This document shows positions 19,667-29,112 of a stretch of DNA of 64,000 nucleotides, piece by piece. A program made the translations under genes and the position numbers. How positions within the stretch are numbered: the first letter of the stretch is position 1; every line of letters begins with the position of its first letter. A model generated the notes under the pieces. That model was given only the letters and a program-made list of their open reading frames with translations, had not been told where the DNA came from and did not search any database. The stretch is from NCBI GenBank assembly GCA_965222115.1, contig CBDCTJ010000003.1, positions 352,001 through 416,000 of the forward strand, in the 5' to 3' direction. This DNA is from Planctomycetota bacterium (GTDB lineage: Bacteria > Planctomycetota > PLA2 > JAEUHO01).

Positions 19667-20514
19667 GACGACACCTTCACAACCGCACCAGCCGTAACTT
19701 CAATCGTCTGGCTTGTTTTTCGGTCAGTGTCTTCGTTAGTGATGTCCACGCGGTAGGAGCCGGGTCGCAGATGGACCGTCCACGCCTCGCGGCCCTCCTT
19801 GGTGTAGCTGTAGGCCACGCGCACGTTCTTTCCTTTGACGCGTTGAAAGAACTCAAACTTTGCCTTACGTATCCCAAGGGCCGTGCAAACGACATGGCCA
19901 AATTCCACGGGAATTCTGAGCGGAGCTTTCGTGCTTAGTGTTACCGATCGTTCAATCGTGTTATCGAACTCGTCGCTGCCAGAAAAGACAACGCGCAGGT
20001 CGCCAGGAAACAGGACTACGACTACATTCTTTCGCTTGCCTTTGGTGTATCCGTAAAACACGCGCTCCTTACCTCGGAACACCTCGACCTTGCAGTGAAG
20101 CGGCGCGCCCCCCACCGTGCGAGGCGCTGCAATGATCTTGCCCAATGAAAGGTCAACCGGAGCCAGTTCACTTTGCTTGACGGTGAGGTCTACATTCCGT
20201 TTGTCACTCGTGTCATCGGGACCGATGACGAGACGCCACTCGCCCGGCTCAAGGGCAAAGGACTTGTTTCGCTGGCCCTTCTTGAGATAGCCGTACGTCT
20301 GCCGTTTCCCGAGCTTCACGGTCATCTCGTCGGTTTCTTCATCGACGATGCGTTTGAGAATGGGATAGGCCTCCACTTTGATGCGCGCACCGCTCTCGCC
20401 GGGCCATGCCACGGCCACAGTCACGCCAGTCGTAATCTCGTCGTCCCCCTTCGCATGGACGAACGCGGTCGCGCTCAGTGCAAAGACGACCGCAGCCAGC
20501 ATCGCAATTCGCAT
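19663..20514 (-). CDS. Secreted hypothetical protein with three beta-sandwich-like repeats
   Basis: Signal peptide; three units with Y(G/S)Y(L/T)K and L(E/F/R)PG.(W/L/Y)R motifs. Confidence 0.6.
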   Translation of the reverse strand: MRIAMLAAVVFALSATAFVHAKGDDEITTGVTVAVAWPGESGARIKVEAYPILKRIVDEETDEMTVKLGKRQTYGYLKKGQRNKSFALEPGEWRLVIGPDDTSDKRNVDLTVKQSELAPVDLSLGKIIAAPRTVGGAPLHCKVEVFRGKERVFYGYTKGKRKNVVVVLFPGDLRVVFSGSDEFDNTIERSVTLSTKAPLRIPVEFGHVVCTALGIRKAKFEFFQRVKGKNVRVAYSYTKEGREAWTVHLRPGSYRVDITNEDTDRKTSQTIEVTAGAVVKVSS

Positions 20515-20583
20515 GATGTTCTCCCTTTCGGTGCCTAATGACGCACATTACCACGTTTGAGGCGGAATCCGTACCGGGTCGCC

Positions 20584-20613
20584 TTGACAGCCCCCACGGG
20601 TAGGCCGCATAGT
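20584..20613 (+). promoter_or_regulatory. Candidate sigma-70 promoter of the nusA operon
   Basis: TTGACA-N18-CATAGT just upstream of the leader hairpin. Confidence 0.4.
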
Positions 20614-20635
20614 AGGGGGTTCACGTGGATGCCTC

Positions 20636-20664
20636 AAAGGCGGGCCATTTTGCCCGTCTTTTTT
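20636..20664 (+). terminator. rimP-leader-like attenuator hairpin upstream of nusA
   Basis: AAAGGCGGGC-catttt-GCCCGTCTTT followed by T run; GGGC...GCCC core as in rimP-nusA-infB leaders. Confidence 0.6.
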
Positions 20665-20847
20665 CGTGTCCACGTTGTACAGCCCCTCTCCAAGGAGACC
20701 CGAAACAACATCGAAAACGCTGGAGTCATGGCGCATTTGACGGTGCCGCCACCAGCAAACGCCCGATCACCACTACCCGATTTCGTGCAAGCTTCCGTTT
20801 GACCGATGGCCTCGATCCATCCGCGCGCAAGTTTGCGAAGGACACCC

Positions 20848-21957
20848 ATGGACCCCGCCGACATCCTACGCTTCGCCGACGTTGTGCACCGCGACCGCGG
20901 TATCCCCAAAGAGATTGTCTTTGGCGCGATTGAACAGGGATTGCTCACTGCCGCCCGCCGCCGTTTCGGCGAAGACGCGGTGATCGAAGTTCGACTGGAT
21001 CGACGCACCGGTGAAATCTCATGCGTCGTCAACGGCAAGCAACACACCATGGAGTTTGGTCGCATCGCGGCACAAACGGCCCGGCAGGTCATGAATCAGA
21101 AGTTTCGCGAGGCGGAACGCGACAAGCATCTTGAAGAGTTTGATCGCCGCTTGAACTCGATCGTGACGGGAACGATTCAGCGCATCGAAGGTGGCAACCT
21201 CATCGTCAACATGGGCCGCGTGGATGGCATCGTGCCTCGCTCGGAGCAAATCCGAAACGAGATCTTCAAGGTGGGTGATCGTATTCGTGCCTTCCTCTTT
21301 GAAGTGCGACCCATGGGTCAGCGTGTGCGCATTGTGTTGTCGCGCAGTCGCCCCGAGTTTGTTGCCAAGCTCTTCGAACTCGAAGTGCCCGAGATTGGCG
21401 ATGGCGTGATTCAGATTCGCCGGATTGAGCGCGAAGCGGGCTACAAGACCAAGCTCGCCGTCGAATCGACCGACTCCCGGGTGGATCCCATTGGTGCGTG
21501 TGTGGGCGTACGCGGATCACGTATCAAGAACGTGATTGAAGAACTGAGCCACCAAGAGAAGATCGACATCCTGCCCTTTGAGGAGCAGCCTGAGTTGATG
21601 ATTGCCGCGGCGCTCAAGCCCGCCCACATCAATACAATTACGCTCAACTACGACACCAACTCAGCGGACGTCATCGTGGATCGCGACCAGCTTTCGCTCG
21701 CCATCGGCCGACGCGGAGCCAACGTGCGTCTGGCCTCCCGACTATCCGGATGGGAGATCAACATTTCCGGTGAAGAGGCAGAAGCCGACGCAACCACGGC
21801 GGAGGCCTCAGACGCCAAGCCAGTGAATGATGAATCCGAAGCGGCGCCCGCGGCGGAGGCGCCCCCATCCAGTCCTGAGATTGACGCACCGATTGACCCG
21901 TCCAGTGCGCCGCCCGAGCCACCCATGGAAGAGGCCGCCACGCCGCCCGGTTCATAG
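20848..21957 (+). CDS. nusA: Transcription termination factor NusA
   Basis: FGRIAAQTARQV, S1 domain, LFELEVPEI, DPIGACVGVRGSRI, LSLAIGRRGANVRLASRLSGW; RBS AAGGA before ATG 20848. Confidence 0.98.
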   Translation: MDPADILRFADVVHRDRGIPKEIVFGAIEQGLLTAARRRFGEDAVIEVRLDRRTGEISCVVNGKQHTMEFGRIAAQTARQVMNQKFREAERDKHLEEFDRRLNSIVTGTIQRIEGGNLIVNMGRVDGIVPRSEQIRNEIFKVGDRIRAFLFEVRPMGQRVRIVLSRSRPEFVAKLFELEVPEIGDGVIQIRRIEREAGYKTKLAVESTDSRVDPIGACVGVRGSRIKNVIEELSHQEKIDILPFEEQPELMIAAALKPAHINTITLNYDTNSADVIVDRDQLSLAIGRRGANVRLASRLSGWEINISGEEAEADATTAEASDAKPVNDESEAAPAAEAPPSSPEIDAPIDPSSAPPEPPMEEAATPPGS

Positions 21958-22178
21958 CCGCCTCCGGCGTACGCTTGAGAAGGGGTTGCGCGCCGCATGG
22001 GTCGAGCGACTACGCGAAATGGGGATGCGATTCATCGCGATGGCCGCCACCCTCGGTTTCGTGGGCGGTGTGCACGCGTGTCCGGTACTATTTCGGGCTT
22101 GCGGTCGGCGCAACGCGACCGAAGAAAAACGATAGGTCTGGCACCCTTTGCGGGGTCGCCTCGGAGTTCCCCTTCCCT

Positions 22179-24704
22179 TTGGCCAAACGCTTCTATCAAA
22201 TCGCATTCGAGCTCGGTGTCCGTCCTCGGAAGTTCATTCGTGAACTGTCGGGTCTCGGTCTGTCCGTGGGCAATCAGATGGTTGTCATCACCGATGAACT
22301 CGAAGAACGCATCCACGACATTTTCAAGATCTCTCGTGGCGATGGCGGCGGAGAAGAAACGGGCGGAAATGGGCAAGCAACCGTCGCCGACGAACGAGAC
22401 GCCGCGTCGGTAGCCGAATCGGTCCCTCCGATTGCCACCGAAACGCCCGTCGTCGTGCAAGGGCCAGAGGCCATCCCCCAACCGCAAGAAGAGGACGTGT
22501 CTCAACCGGTGGAGGACGAAGCGGTCCGACCCGCGGCCGCTGCACAGGCAACCGACACCGACACGCCGTCCACGACCGATGAAAAGCGTGGACGACGCAT
22601 TGAAGACCGCCGTCCTCAGGGTGAGCTGATTCCAACCATTGATCCGCGCATTGGCGGGCTCGTGCAAGATGCGCGCCCTGGCATGCCCATTCCAGGTGTT
22701 ACGGCACCGCGCACGCCGCGGGGTCGTGGAGCACCGGGCACGCCCACCACAACACCCGGATACGAACGCGCGCCAGGCGTCACGCGCGACGGACGCACGC
22801 GCCGCGCACCCACGGGCAACCGTTGGGGTGGACGCAAGGGCAGCCGCACGTTCGATCTGCGCCACCGTCGCGGCGGTCGTCGCCGTGGTTCCAAGCGACC
22901 GGCAGCGCCAAAGATCCATCCCGAAAGCGTCGATGTATCGCTGCCCATCACGGTGAAGAAGTTCGGTGAGGTGACGCTGTACAAGGCGGCCGAAATCATC
23001 AAGGTGCTGTTCAAAGAGCACAAGATGATGCTCACGCCCAACAGTTCGCTCGACAAAGAGACGCTGGAAATCCTCGGCATTGAGCTTGGCATCGACGTCA
23101 ACTTCGTAACGAAGGAAACGGCCGAAGAAGGCTTGATCAAAGCCATGGCCGCCACGCGCGAAGGCGTCGAGATTCGCTCTCGCCCGCCCGTAGTAGCGAT
23201 CCTGGGTCACGTCGATCACGGTAAGACCACGTTGCTCGACAACATTCGGCAATCCGATGTCGCGGGGCGCGAGTCGGGTGGCATCACGCAGCATATTGGC
23301 GCAAGCCAAGTCACGTTGGAAGACGGTCGCAAGGTCACCTTCCTCGACACGCCGGGTCACGAAGCATTTACGGAGATGCGCGCACGTGGCGCCACCGTCA
23401 CCGATGTAGTGGTGTTGATCGTGGCGGGCGACGATGGCGTTATGCCCCAAACGGTCGAAGCCATTAGCCACGCCAAGGCCGCGGGTGTAGAGATCGTTGT
23501 CGCGGTTACGAAAATCGATAAAGACGGCGCCAACATTGAGCGCGTCAAGCAACAGCTCACCGAGCACGAGATTTACGTCGAGGGCTACGGCGGCGACATT
23601 TCTCTCTTCGGCGTCTCCGGCATTACGGGAGAGGGCGTCAAGGACTTGCTTGAGCACATCGCGCTTATGGCCGAGGTGGACGCCGACAAGTTCAGCGCCG
23701 CCTTCGAAGGTCCCGCGGAAGGCGTGGTCATCGAAAGCCAAAACAGTCCGCGTCGCGGTGTACTGGCAACTGTGCTCGTGCAGCAGGGAACGCTCAAGAA
23801 GGGCGACCCCGTACTCGTAGGCGATGCGTTTGGAACCGTCCGTGCCATGTTCAACGATCGTGGATCGGCGGTCCGCAAGGCCGAGCCGGGTGATCCCGTA
23901 GAGGTCGTTGGTCTGGACCGCGCACCCGTAGCCGGTTCGCGACTCTATGTGGCCAAGAGTACCACCAAGGCCAAGGACATCGCCGACACGCGCCGTCAGC
24001 GTCAGCGCGAACTCGACGCCGCGGCTAAGTCAAAGCCCGCATCGGTGGAGAGTCTGTTCGAGTCGATCGCAAGCTCAAAGGTGACCGAAGTCAACCTCGT
24101 TGTGAAAGCCGACGTAAGCGGCTCACTCGAACCCCTCAAACGCGTACTCAATCGCTTGAGCTTCGAGGACGAAGTGCGCGTCAACATCGTCCATTCGGCG
24201 GTCGGTGCCATCAACGACTCCGACGTCGTGCTTGCCGCAGCTTCGGGTGCCACAGTCATTGGTTTCCATGTAGACGTCGACTCCAAAGCCCGTGAACGCG
24301 CCAAGCGCTCGCAGGTAGACATTCGTTCCTACAAGATCATTTACGACATCGAAAATGACGTGCGCGACATGGTCGAGGGCAAGCTCGCTCCCGAACTCGA
24401 AGAAGTCATCTTGGGCCACGCCGAGGTACTCGCCATCTTCCGGTTCTCCAAGATCGGTAACATCGCGGGTTGCCGCGTGAAGGACGGCATTCTCAAGCGC
24501 GAATGCAAGGTGCGCGTGTTCCGTGGCGAAGAGCAAATCCACGAAGGCGAGCTTGCCACGCTGCGGCGCGAAAAGGACGAGGTCAAGGAAGTGCGCGAAG
24601 GGTTTGAGTGCGGCTTGACAGTCAAGAACTGGGACGAGTTCGAAGAAGCCGACCGCATTGAAGCCTTTGAGATCATCGCCAAGAAGCGCACCATCAAGCG
24701 CTAG
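22179..24704 (+). CDS. infB: Translation initiation factor IF-2
   Basis: [53 protein letters not shown]; start assigned to TTG 22179 ([13 protein letters not shown]) after GGAG. Confidence 0.97.
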   Translation: MAKRFYQIAFELGVRPRKFIRELSGLGLSVGNQMVVITDELEERIHDIFKISRGDGGGEETGGNGQATVADERDAASVAESVPPIATETPVVVQGPEAIPQPQEEDVSQPVEDEAVRPAAAAQATDTDTPSTTDEKRGRRIEDRRPQGELIPTIDPRIGGLVQDARPGMPIPGVTAPRTPRGRGAPGTPTTTPGYERAPGVTRDGRTRRAPTGNRWGGRKGSRTFDLRHRRGGRRRGSKRPAAPKIHPESVDVSLPITVKKFGEVTLYKAAEIIKVLFKEHKMMLTPNSSLDKETLEILGIELGIDVNFVTKETAEEGLIKAMAATREGVEIRSRPPVVAILGHVDHGKTTLLDNIRQSDVAGRESGGITQHIGASQVTLEDGRKVTFLDTPGHEAFTEMRARGATVTDVVVLIVAGDDGVMPQTVEAISHAKAAGVEIVVAVTKIDKDGANIERVKQQLTEHEIYVEGYGGDISLFGVSGITGEGVKDLLEHIALMAEVDADKFSAAFEGPAEGVVIESQNSPRRGVLATVLVQQGTLKKGDPVLVGDAFGTVRAMFNDRGSAVRKAEPGDPVEVVGLDRAPVAGSRLYVAKSTTKAKDIADTRRQRQRELDAAAKSKPASVESLFESIASSKVTEVNLVVKADVSGSLEPLKRVLNRLSFEDEVRVNIVHSAVGAINDSDVVLAAASGATVIGFHVDVDSKARERAKRSQVDIRSYKIIYDIENDVRDMVEGKLAPELEEVILGHAEVLAIFRFSKIGNIAGCRVKDGILKRECKVRVFRGEEQIHEGELATLRREKDEVKEVREGFECGLTVKNWDEFEEADRIEAFEIIAKKRTIKR

Positions 24705-24727
24705 GCGCTAAGCAAAGTCGATCCAAA

Positions 24728-25168
24728 ATGGCCAAGCCCCGACGCATCCTCCGTCTGCAACAACTTATTCTTGAAGTCGCCGCGCAGACCTTGCAACGCG
24801 AGATTCAGGATCCGCGCCTCGGTGCGGGCCTCGTGAGCATCACCCGCATCAAGCTATCGCCCGACTTAAGCCGTGCGCAGATCTACTGGTCGTGCCTAGG
24901 CTCCGAAGGCCAGCAGCGCACCACCGAGCGCGGCCTGGAAGACGCCCTGCCCGTCATTCAACGCGCCGTAGCTCGCGCCCTCACTACCCGCGTCACCCCC
25001 AAGCTCTCCCTCCACCGCGACGACACCATGGAAAAGGCCGCGCGCCTGGAAGAGATCTTCCACAAGCTGAAAGTGGAACGGGGGGATGTGCCCGACACGG
25101 CTGCCGAAGAATCAAGCGCGGATGCGTCAACTGAGAACGCCCCTACCGACGGAGCAAGTTCCGACTAG
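24728..25168 (+). CDS. rbfA: Ribosome-binding factor A
   Basis: IQDPRLG-LVSITRIKLSPDLSRAQIY, RVTPKL; follows infB. Confidence 0.93.
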   Translation: MAKPRRILRLQQLILEVAAQTLQREIQDPRLGAGLVSITRIKLSPDLSRAQIYWSCLGSEGQQRTTERGLEDALPVIQRAVARALTTRVTPKLSLHRDDTMEKAARLEEIFHKLKVERGDVPDTAAEESSADASTENAPTDGASSD

Positions 25169-25370
25169 ATTTTCTGCTGGCGATGAATCCTCGATCTTGC
25201 CATGAGTCGATCACACTTCGAACGACGGGTAGGTTGTGGCGTTCTTCGCGCTATGTAAACGCCATTTGCAACGTAGACGACTCCCGCCCTTTAGCGTGGG
25301 GGGCCTTGGGGATTCCATCTCCCAGATAAACACGTGATCAAACTCACGCCACACGTCGCAACGAAATACA

Positions 25371-25448
25371 TGGGGTGAGTAACGGGATTCGAACCCGCGA
25401 CCTCCGGAACCACAATCCGGCGCTCTAACCAACTGAGCTATACTCACC
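25371..25448 (-). tRNA. tRNA-His (GTG)
   Basis: Reverse complement GGTGAGTATAGCTCAGTTGGTTAGAGCGCCGGATTGTGGTTCCGGAGGTCGCGGGTTCGAATCCCGTTACTCACCCCA: cloverleaf, anticodon GTG, G-1:C73, encoded CCA. Confidence 0.97.
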
Positions 25449-25541
25449 GAGGTGCGATTGGAGAATATGCCTTAGTACGGGGGCGGGAAGTAATTTTGGG
25501 ATCGCAATCTTGCTCATGAGGGCAGACGCGACGCCAAATGC

Positions 25542-26102
25542 CTAGTTCGAGCCTCGATTTCGCATGGGCTGAGGAACCATCACCTGTTTTCCCCACGCCA
25601 ACCACGCCGCAACAAGTGACAGACCGAGCGCGACGGCGGCCCCCACCATCGTGAGCCAAATACCGATATGGTGTTCGCTGAGATAGGTGGTAATGACAAG
25701 GCCCTCCTTGACCGTACGGGCGCCTAGCTTGTCCATGGAATGAGCGGTGACCGTCATCCATAGTGCAAGTGCAAAGAAGCACGCGGCATAGAGCACGGGG
25801 CGCACACCAATCGGTCGCGACGAATGGCGCGGTCCATAGAGCGCGAATAGACAGAGGAGCGCGCCGGCAGCCGCGCACAGCCCAACAAACGTACCTCTTA
25901 GACTTGACCCCCATCCCCGAAGCATTGCCGTCCACGTGTGCGTCGGTAGCTGAGAAGCGATCTCTTCTGGAAGCTCGCTGGCGCGCAGTTCATATGTGGC
26001 CCAGGGCAGAAACGTAGCGCCCAGAATGGCCAAACCGAATACGAATGCGGCCACAGACAAGGTGCGAACGATCATCGAGGCACTCGCAGGCTTGTAAGGC
26101 AT
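25542..26102 (-). CDS. Hypothetical membrane protein (about 4 TM)
   Basis: Four hydrophobic segments; FLPW after TM1 and GIWL before the last TM. Confidence 0.6.
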   Translation of the reverse strand: MPYKPASASMIVRTLSVAAFVFGLAILGATFLPWATYELRASELPEEIASQLPTHTWTAMLRGWGSSLRGTFVGLCAAAGALLCLFALYGPRHSSRPIGVRPVLYAACFFALALWMTVTAHSMDKLGARTVKEGLVITTYLSEHHIGIWLTMVGAAVALGLSLVAAWLAWGKQVMVPQPMRNRGSN

Positions 26103-26281
26103 TGAAGATTGACTGCGGCCATTGATTGGGCTCCAAGGGCTGCTAACCCTACTTACAAAGAGTCCAAAAAATAAAACACGAATCGCGTGCCAGCTTGAAA
26201 TTCGAAGGCTAGACTTCCTAGAAGTCGAGTTGCAGCTCGGCTCGGGTAGACAGACCTTAGGGATGTGGTGTGTCGCTCAGC

Positions 26282-26320
26282 GGGAGGCGTTGGACTCAGT
26301 CCAGCGCCTCCCATTTTTTT
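26282..26320 (+). terminator. Intrinsic terminator
   Basis: 14-bp stem GGGAGGCGTTGGAC-tca-GTCCAGCGCCTCCC followed by A and T7. Confidence 0.85.
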
Positions 26321-26437
26321 GGGCCACCTTATCTGCCTTCTCCGTTCCGGAAACTGAATCTCAATCCTTCGCCTCACCTTTCTCCTTCTCTACTCCACCT
26401 CCCCACCGATCATGCCCACATCGTCAGGAGGCACACC

Positions 26438-26794
26438 ATGTCGTCTTTTCTATGGGTCGCGCTAGGAGGCGCTGCGGGTTCGGCCATGCGTCACGCCATG
26501 AACGCTCTCATTGGAAAGGGCTACACCATTCCTGTCGCCACATTACTCGTAAACGTGATCGGTTGCATGGTCATCGGCTATTTGGCGACGCGCCTTGGCC
26601 GTCTCCCAAGCGCCGACACATGGCGTCCTTTGCTTATCACAGGGCTACTGGGCGGCTTCACCACCTATAGCGCATTCGGCTTGGAGTCGGTGGAGCTTCT
26701 GCAGCAAGGCAAGACCGCGATGGCCTTGATGCACATCGGCCTTCATCTCATGCTCGGGCTAGGCGCCGTCGTCGTTGGCATGAAACTCGCCTAA
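26438..26794 (+). CDS. crcB: Fluoride efflux channel CrcB/FluC
   Basis: VALGGAAGSAMR, TLLVNVIGC, GLLGGFTTYSAF; RBS AGGAGG. Confidence 0.95.
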   Translation: MSSFLWVALGGAAGSAMRHAMNALIGKGYTIPVATLLVNVIGCMVIGYLATRLGRLPSADTWRPLLITGLLGGFTTYSAFGLESVELLQQGKTAMALMHIGLHLMLGLGAVVVGMKLA

Positions 26795-26800
26795 AATTCA

Positions 26801-26867
26801 CAATTAGTGCCGGGAGCAAATTGGGGAAGTTACGCAAGTCCACCAATTGGTGCCGGGAGCAAAATGG
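26801..26867. repeat. 24-bp direct repeat x2 (period 43)
   Basis: caattagtgccgggagcaaattgg and caattggtgccgggagcaaaatgg, two mismatches, between convergent genes. Confidence 0.8.
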
Positions 26868-26877
26868 CGAGTTCGGG

Positions 26878-27363
26878 TTATTCAGCCGTCACCATCCGCA
26901 ACGGTACTTCCGTGGCGTGGACACCGGTTCCGACGTTTGCGCAATAGCGCACCACAGCATCGAGCGTGCGATCCGTGGGAAACTGGACAACCCACGTGCG
27001 TTCGATCAACGCATCCGCGGAGACATCCTCAACCTGTTTGCCTTCGTGGATGTCACAGCCAAGTGGCAACACCAGTTCAAGTCGGCATCCCGTGTTGGGC
27101 TGCGGGTGCACACGCACGCTGATTCGCACGCGATCCTCAGCAATTCGTTCGGTAACTGCAGCTTCGACGAGTCCGAGGCCAGGCGCTGGCTTTCCTTGAC
27201 GCCATTTGACCTGTTCCTTGCTCATCGGTGAATGCCTAGTATTCGAATGTGTAGTCTTCGCTGGCTTGTCGAACAGCAGCATTGCAAGCGCAGCTGCGAG
27301 TGGAACGAGTGCATAGATCGCAATACGTTTCCAGGCGCGACGTGACTCTCCTTTGTCCGCCAT
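26878..27363 (-). CDS. Hypothetical membrane-anchored protein
   Basis: N-terminal TM then beta-rich domain; starts 2 bp after the upstream protease stop. Confidence 0.6.
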   Translation of the reverse strand: MADKGESRRAWKRIAIYALVPLAAALAMLLFDKPAKTTHSNTRHSPMSKEQVKWRQGKPAPGLGLVEAAVTERIAEDRVRISVRVHPQPNTGCRLELVLPLGCDIHEGKQVEDVSADALIERTWVVQFPTDRTLDAVVRYCANVGTGVHATEVPLRMVTAE

Positions 27364-27365
27364 CG

Positions 27366-29006
27366 TTAGTTGACCTCCAACGTGTAGTCGGCGCGGTTAC
27401 CAGTGACGGCTTCCACTACGATGATGTACTCACCCGCCGTGAGCGAAGTGGGGCCAATCGACTCACTCGCGGCGCCCGGGTTGCGAGACGATGCGACAGC
27501 ATTTACGACATCTGTGTTTCGAAATAGGTATAGGTCCAGATTGTCGCCGCTACCCGCGATGGATGAAATCGTCAGATCTATCGTAACGGTCGATCCAACG
27601 GGAACGCTCAAGCGGTACCACGCTGAAGCGGCAAGCGTATTCGTTCCGGGAACGTTCATCGTTGAGAGCCGCGCGTCGCATGTACCGCTATCGGAGCCAC
27701 CCACGGCGATGGGCGTGGGCCATACGTCGCCGCCGACCAACGGGTATGTGATGCCCTGTGGCTCAGGTGCAATCATGAGTGCGCCAATCTGGCCGGCGGT
27801 GAGACTCGTCCCACTCTCGATTCGTTGCAAGAACGCGCCCACATAGGCGCCATCGGTAAAGGGATCGATCGCCATCATTGCTGCGTAGAGATCGGAGAGC
27901 GGCAAAGCGATCGCATCTCCATCGGTATCCGCAATCCCCCCCGCACCATCACCCAAGTCCCATACGATCTCCGCGCACGTAAGCTCACCGCCAATTCCCG
28001 TTGGATCTTGTGTTACCGCGTTCTCAACATCGAATGCGAAACTGATACCGCCGTTGGTCGACATGGAGTCGACGTAGAGCGAATCGGCAAGCAGCAGACA
28101 GCCGAAGCCCGTGGCCTGCCCCTCACTCCAAGCGAAGGCGGGCTCCAAACGTTCTCCCGCATGCGGCCCACCGCGACTTTGGCTGTGAGACGTGGAACGC
28201 TCGACGAAATGGCCAAACTCATGCGCCAACACCGCGTCGTCAAAGTAGTCGGTGTCGGTTGTATCCTCAGAGCCCGCAGCGCCTCCAAGAATGGAAATCG
28301 AACGACGAGCGTGACTGTAGGCGCTACTGCCACCGATGGCGGCGTTGTTGCCAAGCATGCAATAGACATGCAACTCGGGAAGCGTGATACTCGCAGCAGC
28401 ATTGACTTGTGCGGCACACGTGAGCATCACGTCGAGAATGCCAAACCCAATCGACGGGCGCACGGCACCTGTGCCATAGGGAATATCAACGTCCACGGTT
28501 TGATTGCCTGTGGCGGAAAACCCATCAACTTCATGCGTGTGTACCGCGTTGTTGTCGTGAATCGTGCCGGACGGCGGATTGCGATTGTGAACGGTAATCT
28601 CAAAGTCGGTGTGTTCGCTGGTTCGGCTCAACAAGACGACTTTGAGCGGCTCGCCCGTGGGCGGCAACACGACCAGTGAGTAGTGCCCGTTGGCATCCGT
28701 GTGGTCACGTCCGTAACAGACGTCACTCACCGCGTGCCGAATCTCGACATCGGCAAAACGTGCATCGCGCATCTCGGTGGTCGGCCCAATTCCCGTGGGC
28801 GAAAGTACGAGTCGCTCGTAACGCACATCGCCTTCGATGGTGATCGGCGGTCCACCCGCGTTGGCACACGACGGAAGCGGCGGAGGTGGCTGCCCCGATA
28901 CGCCATCACCATCGCCCCCACCTGCGCCGCAGCCGGCAGGGAGTACGGCCAAGAAACCCAACAATACAAAAACAACCGGGCGAGCTGGGAAACAGTGCAG
29001 ACGCAT
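27366..29006 (-). CDS. Lipoprotein zinc metallopeptidase (HExxH) with C-terminal PPC-like domain
   Basis: Lipobox-like LPAGC; DDAVLAHEFGHF followed by AWSEG; C-terminal NLDLYL...ASESI...AGEYIIVV...DYTLEV. Confidence 0.8.
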   Translation of the reverse strand: MRLHCFPARPVVFVLLGFLAVLPAGCGAGGGDGDGVSGQPPPPLPSCANAGGPPITIEGDVRYERLVLSPTGIGPTTEMRDARFADVEIRHAVSDVCYGRDHTDANGHYSLVVLPPTGEPLKVVLLSRTSEHTDFEITVHNRNPPSGTIHDNNAVHTHEVDGFSATGNQTVDVDIPYGTGAVRPSIGFGILDVMLTCAAQVNAAASITLPELHVYCMLGNNAAIGGSSAYSHARRSISILGGAAGSEDTTDTDYFDDAVLAHEFGHFVERSTSHSQSRGGPHAGERLEPAFAWSEGQATGFGCLLLADSLYVDSMSTNGGISFAFDVENAVTQDPTGIGGELTCAEIVWDLGDGAGGIADTDGDAIALPLSDLYAAMMAIDPFTDGAYVGAFLQRIESGTSLTAGQIGALMIAPEPQGITYPLVGGDVWPTPIAVGGSDSGTCDARLSTMNVPGTNTLAASAWYRLSVPVGSTVTIDLTISSIAGSGDNLDLYLFRNTDVVNAVASSRNPGAASESIGPTSLTAGEYIIVVEAVTGNRADYTLEVN

Positions 29007-29112
29007 AGGTTCCTCATCGACCGTTCGTGAGCCCGGAAACACCGACTACTACTGTAGCCGGCTTTACGGGCAGCGGGACGCAGTCGAAATCGGGCCTGCC
29101 TTAGCCGGCCGA

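Noticed and set aside
22032-23741. Long antisense ORFs (569 aa opposite infB; similar ones opposite dnaK, pilB and the HEAT gene)
   Set aside because: Shadow frames expected from high-GC codon bias opposite well-supported genes.
25278-25305. Hairpin loosely resembling an IS200/IS605 end next to tRNA-His
   Set aside because: Imperfect stem, no tnpA/tnpB or integrase nearby, and no duplicated tRNA 3' end seen; more likely a terminator-like structure.
26321-26437. Canonical fluoride riboswitch before crcB
   Set aside because: The conserved GATGG...CTGATGAC pattern was not found; the segment is a pyrimidine-rich spacer.
26801-26867. Possible mini-CRISPR array
   Set aside because: Only two repeats with a 19-bp spacer, and no cas genes in the window.
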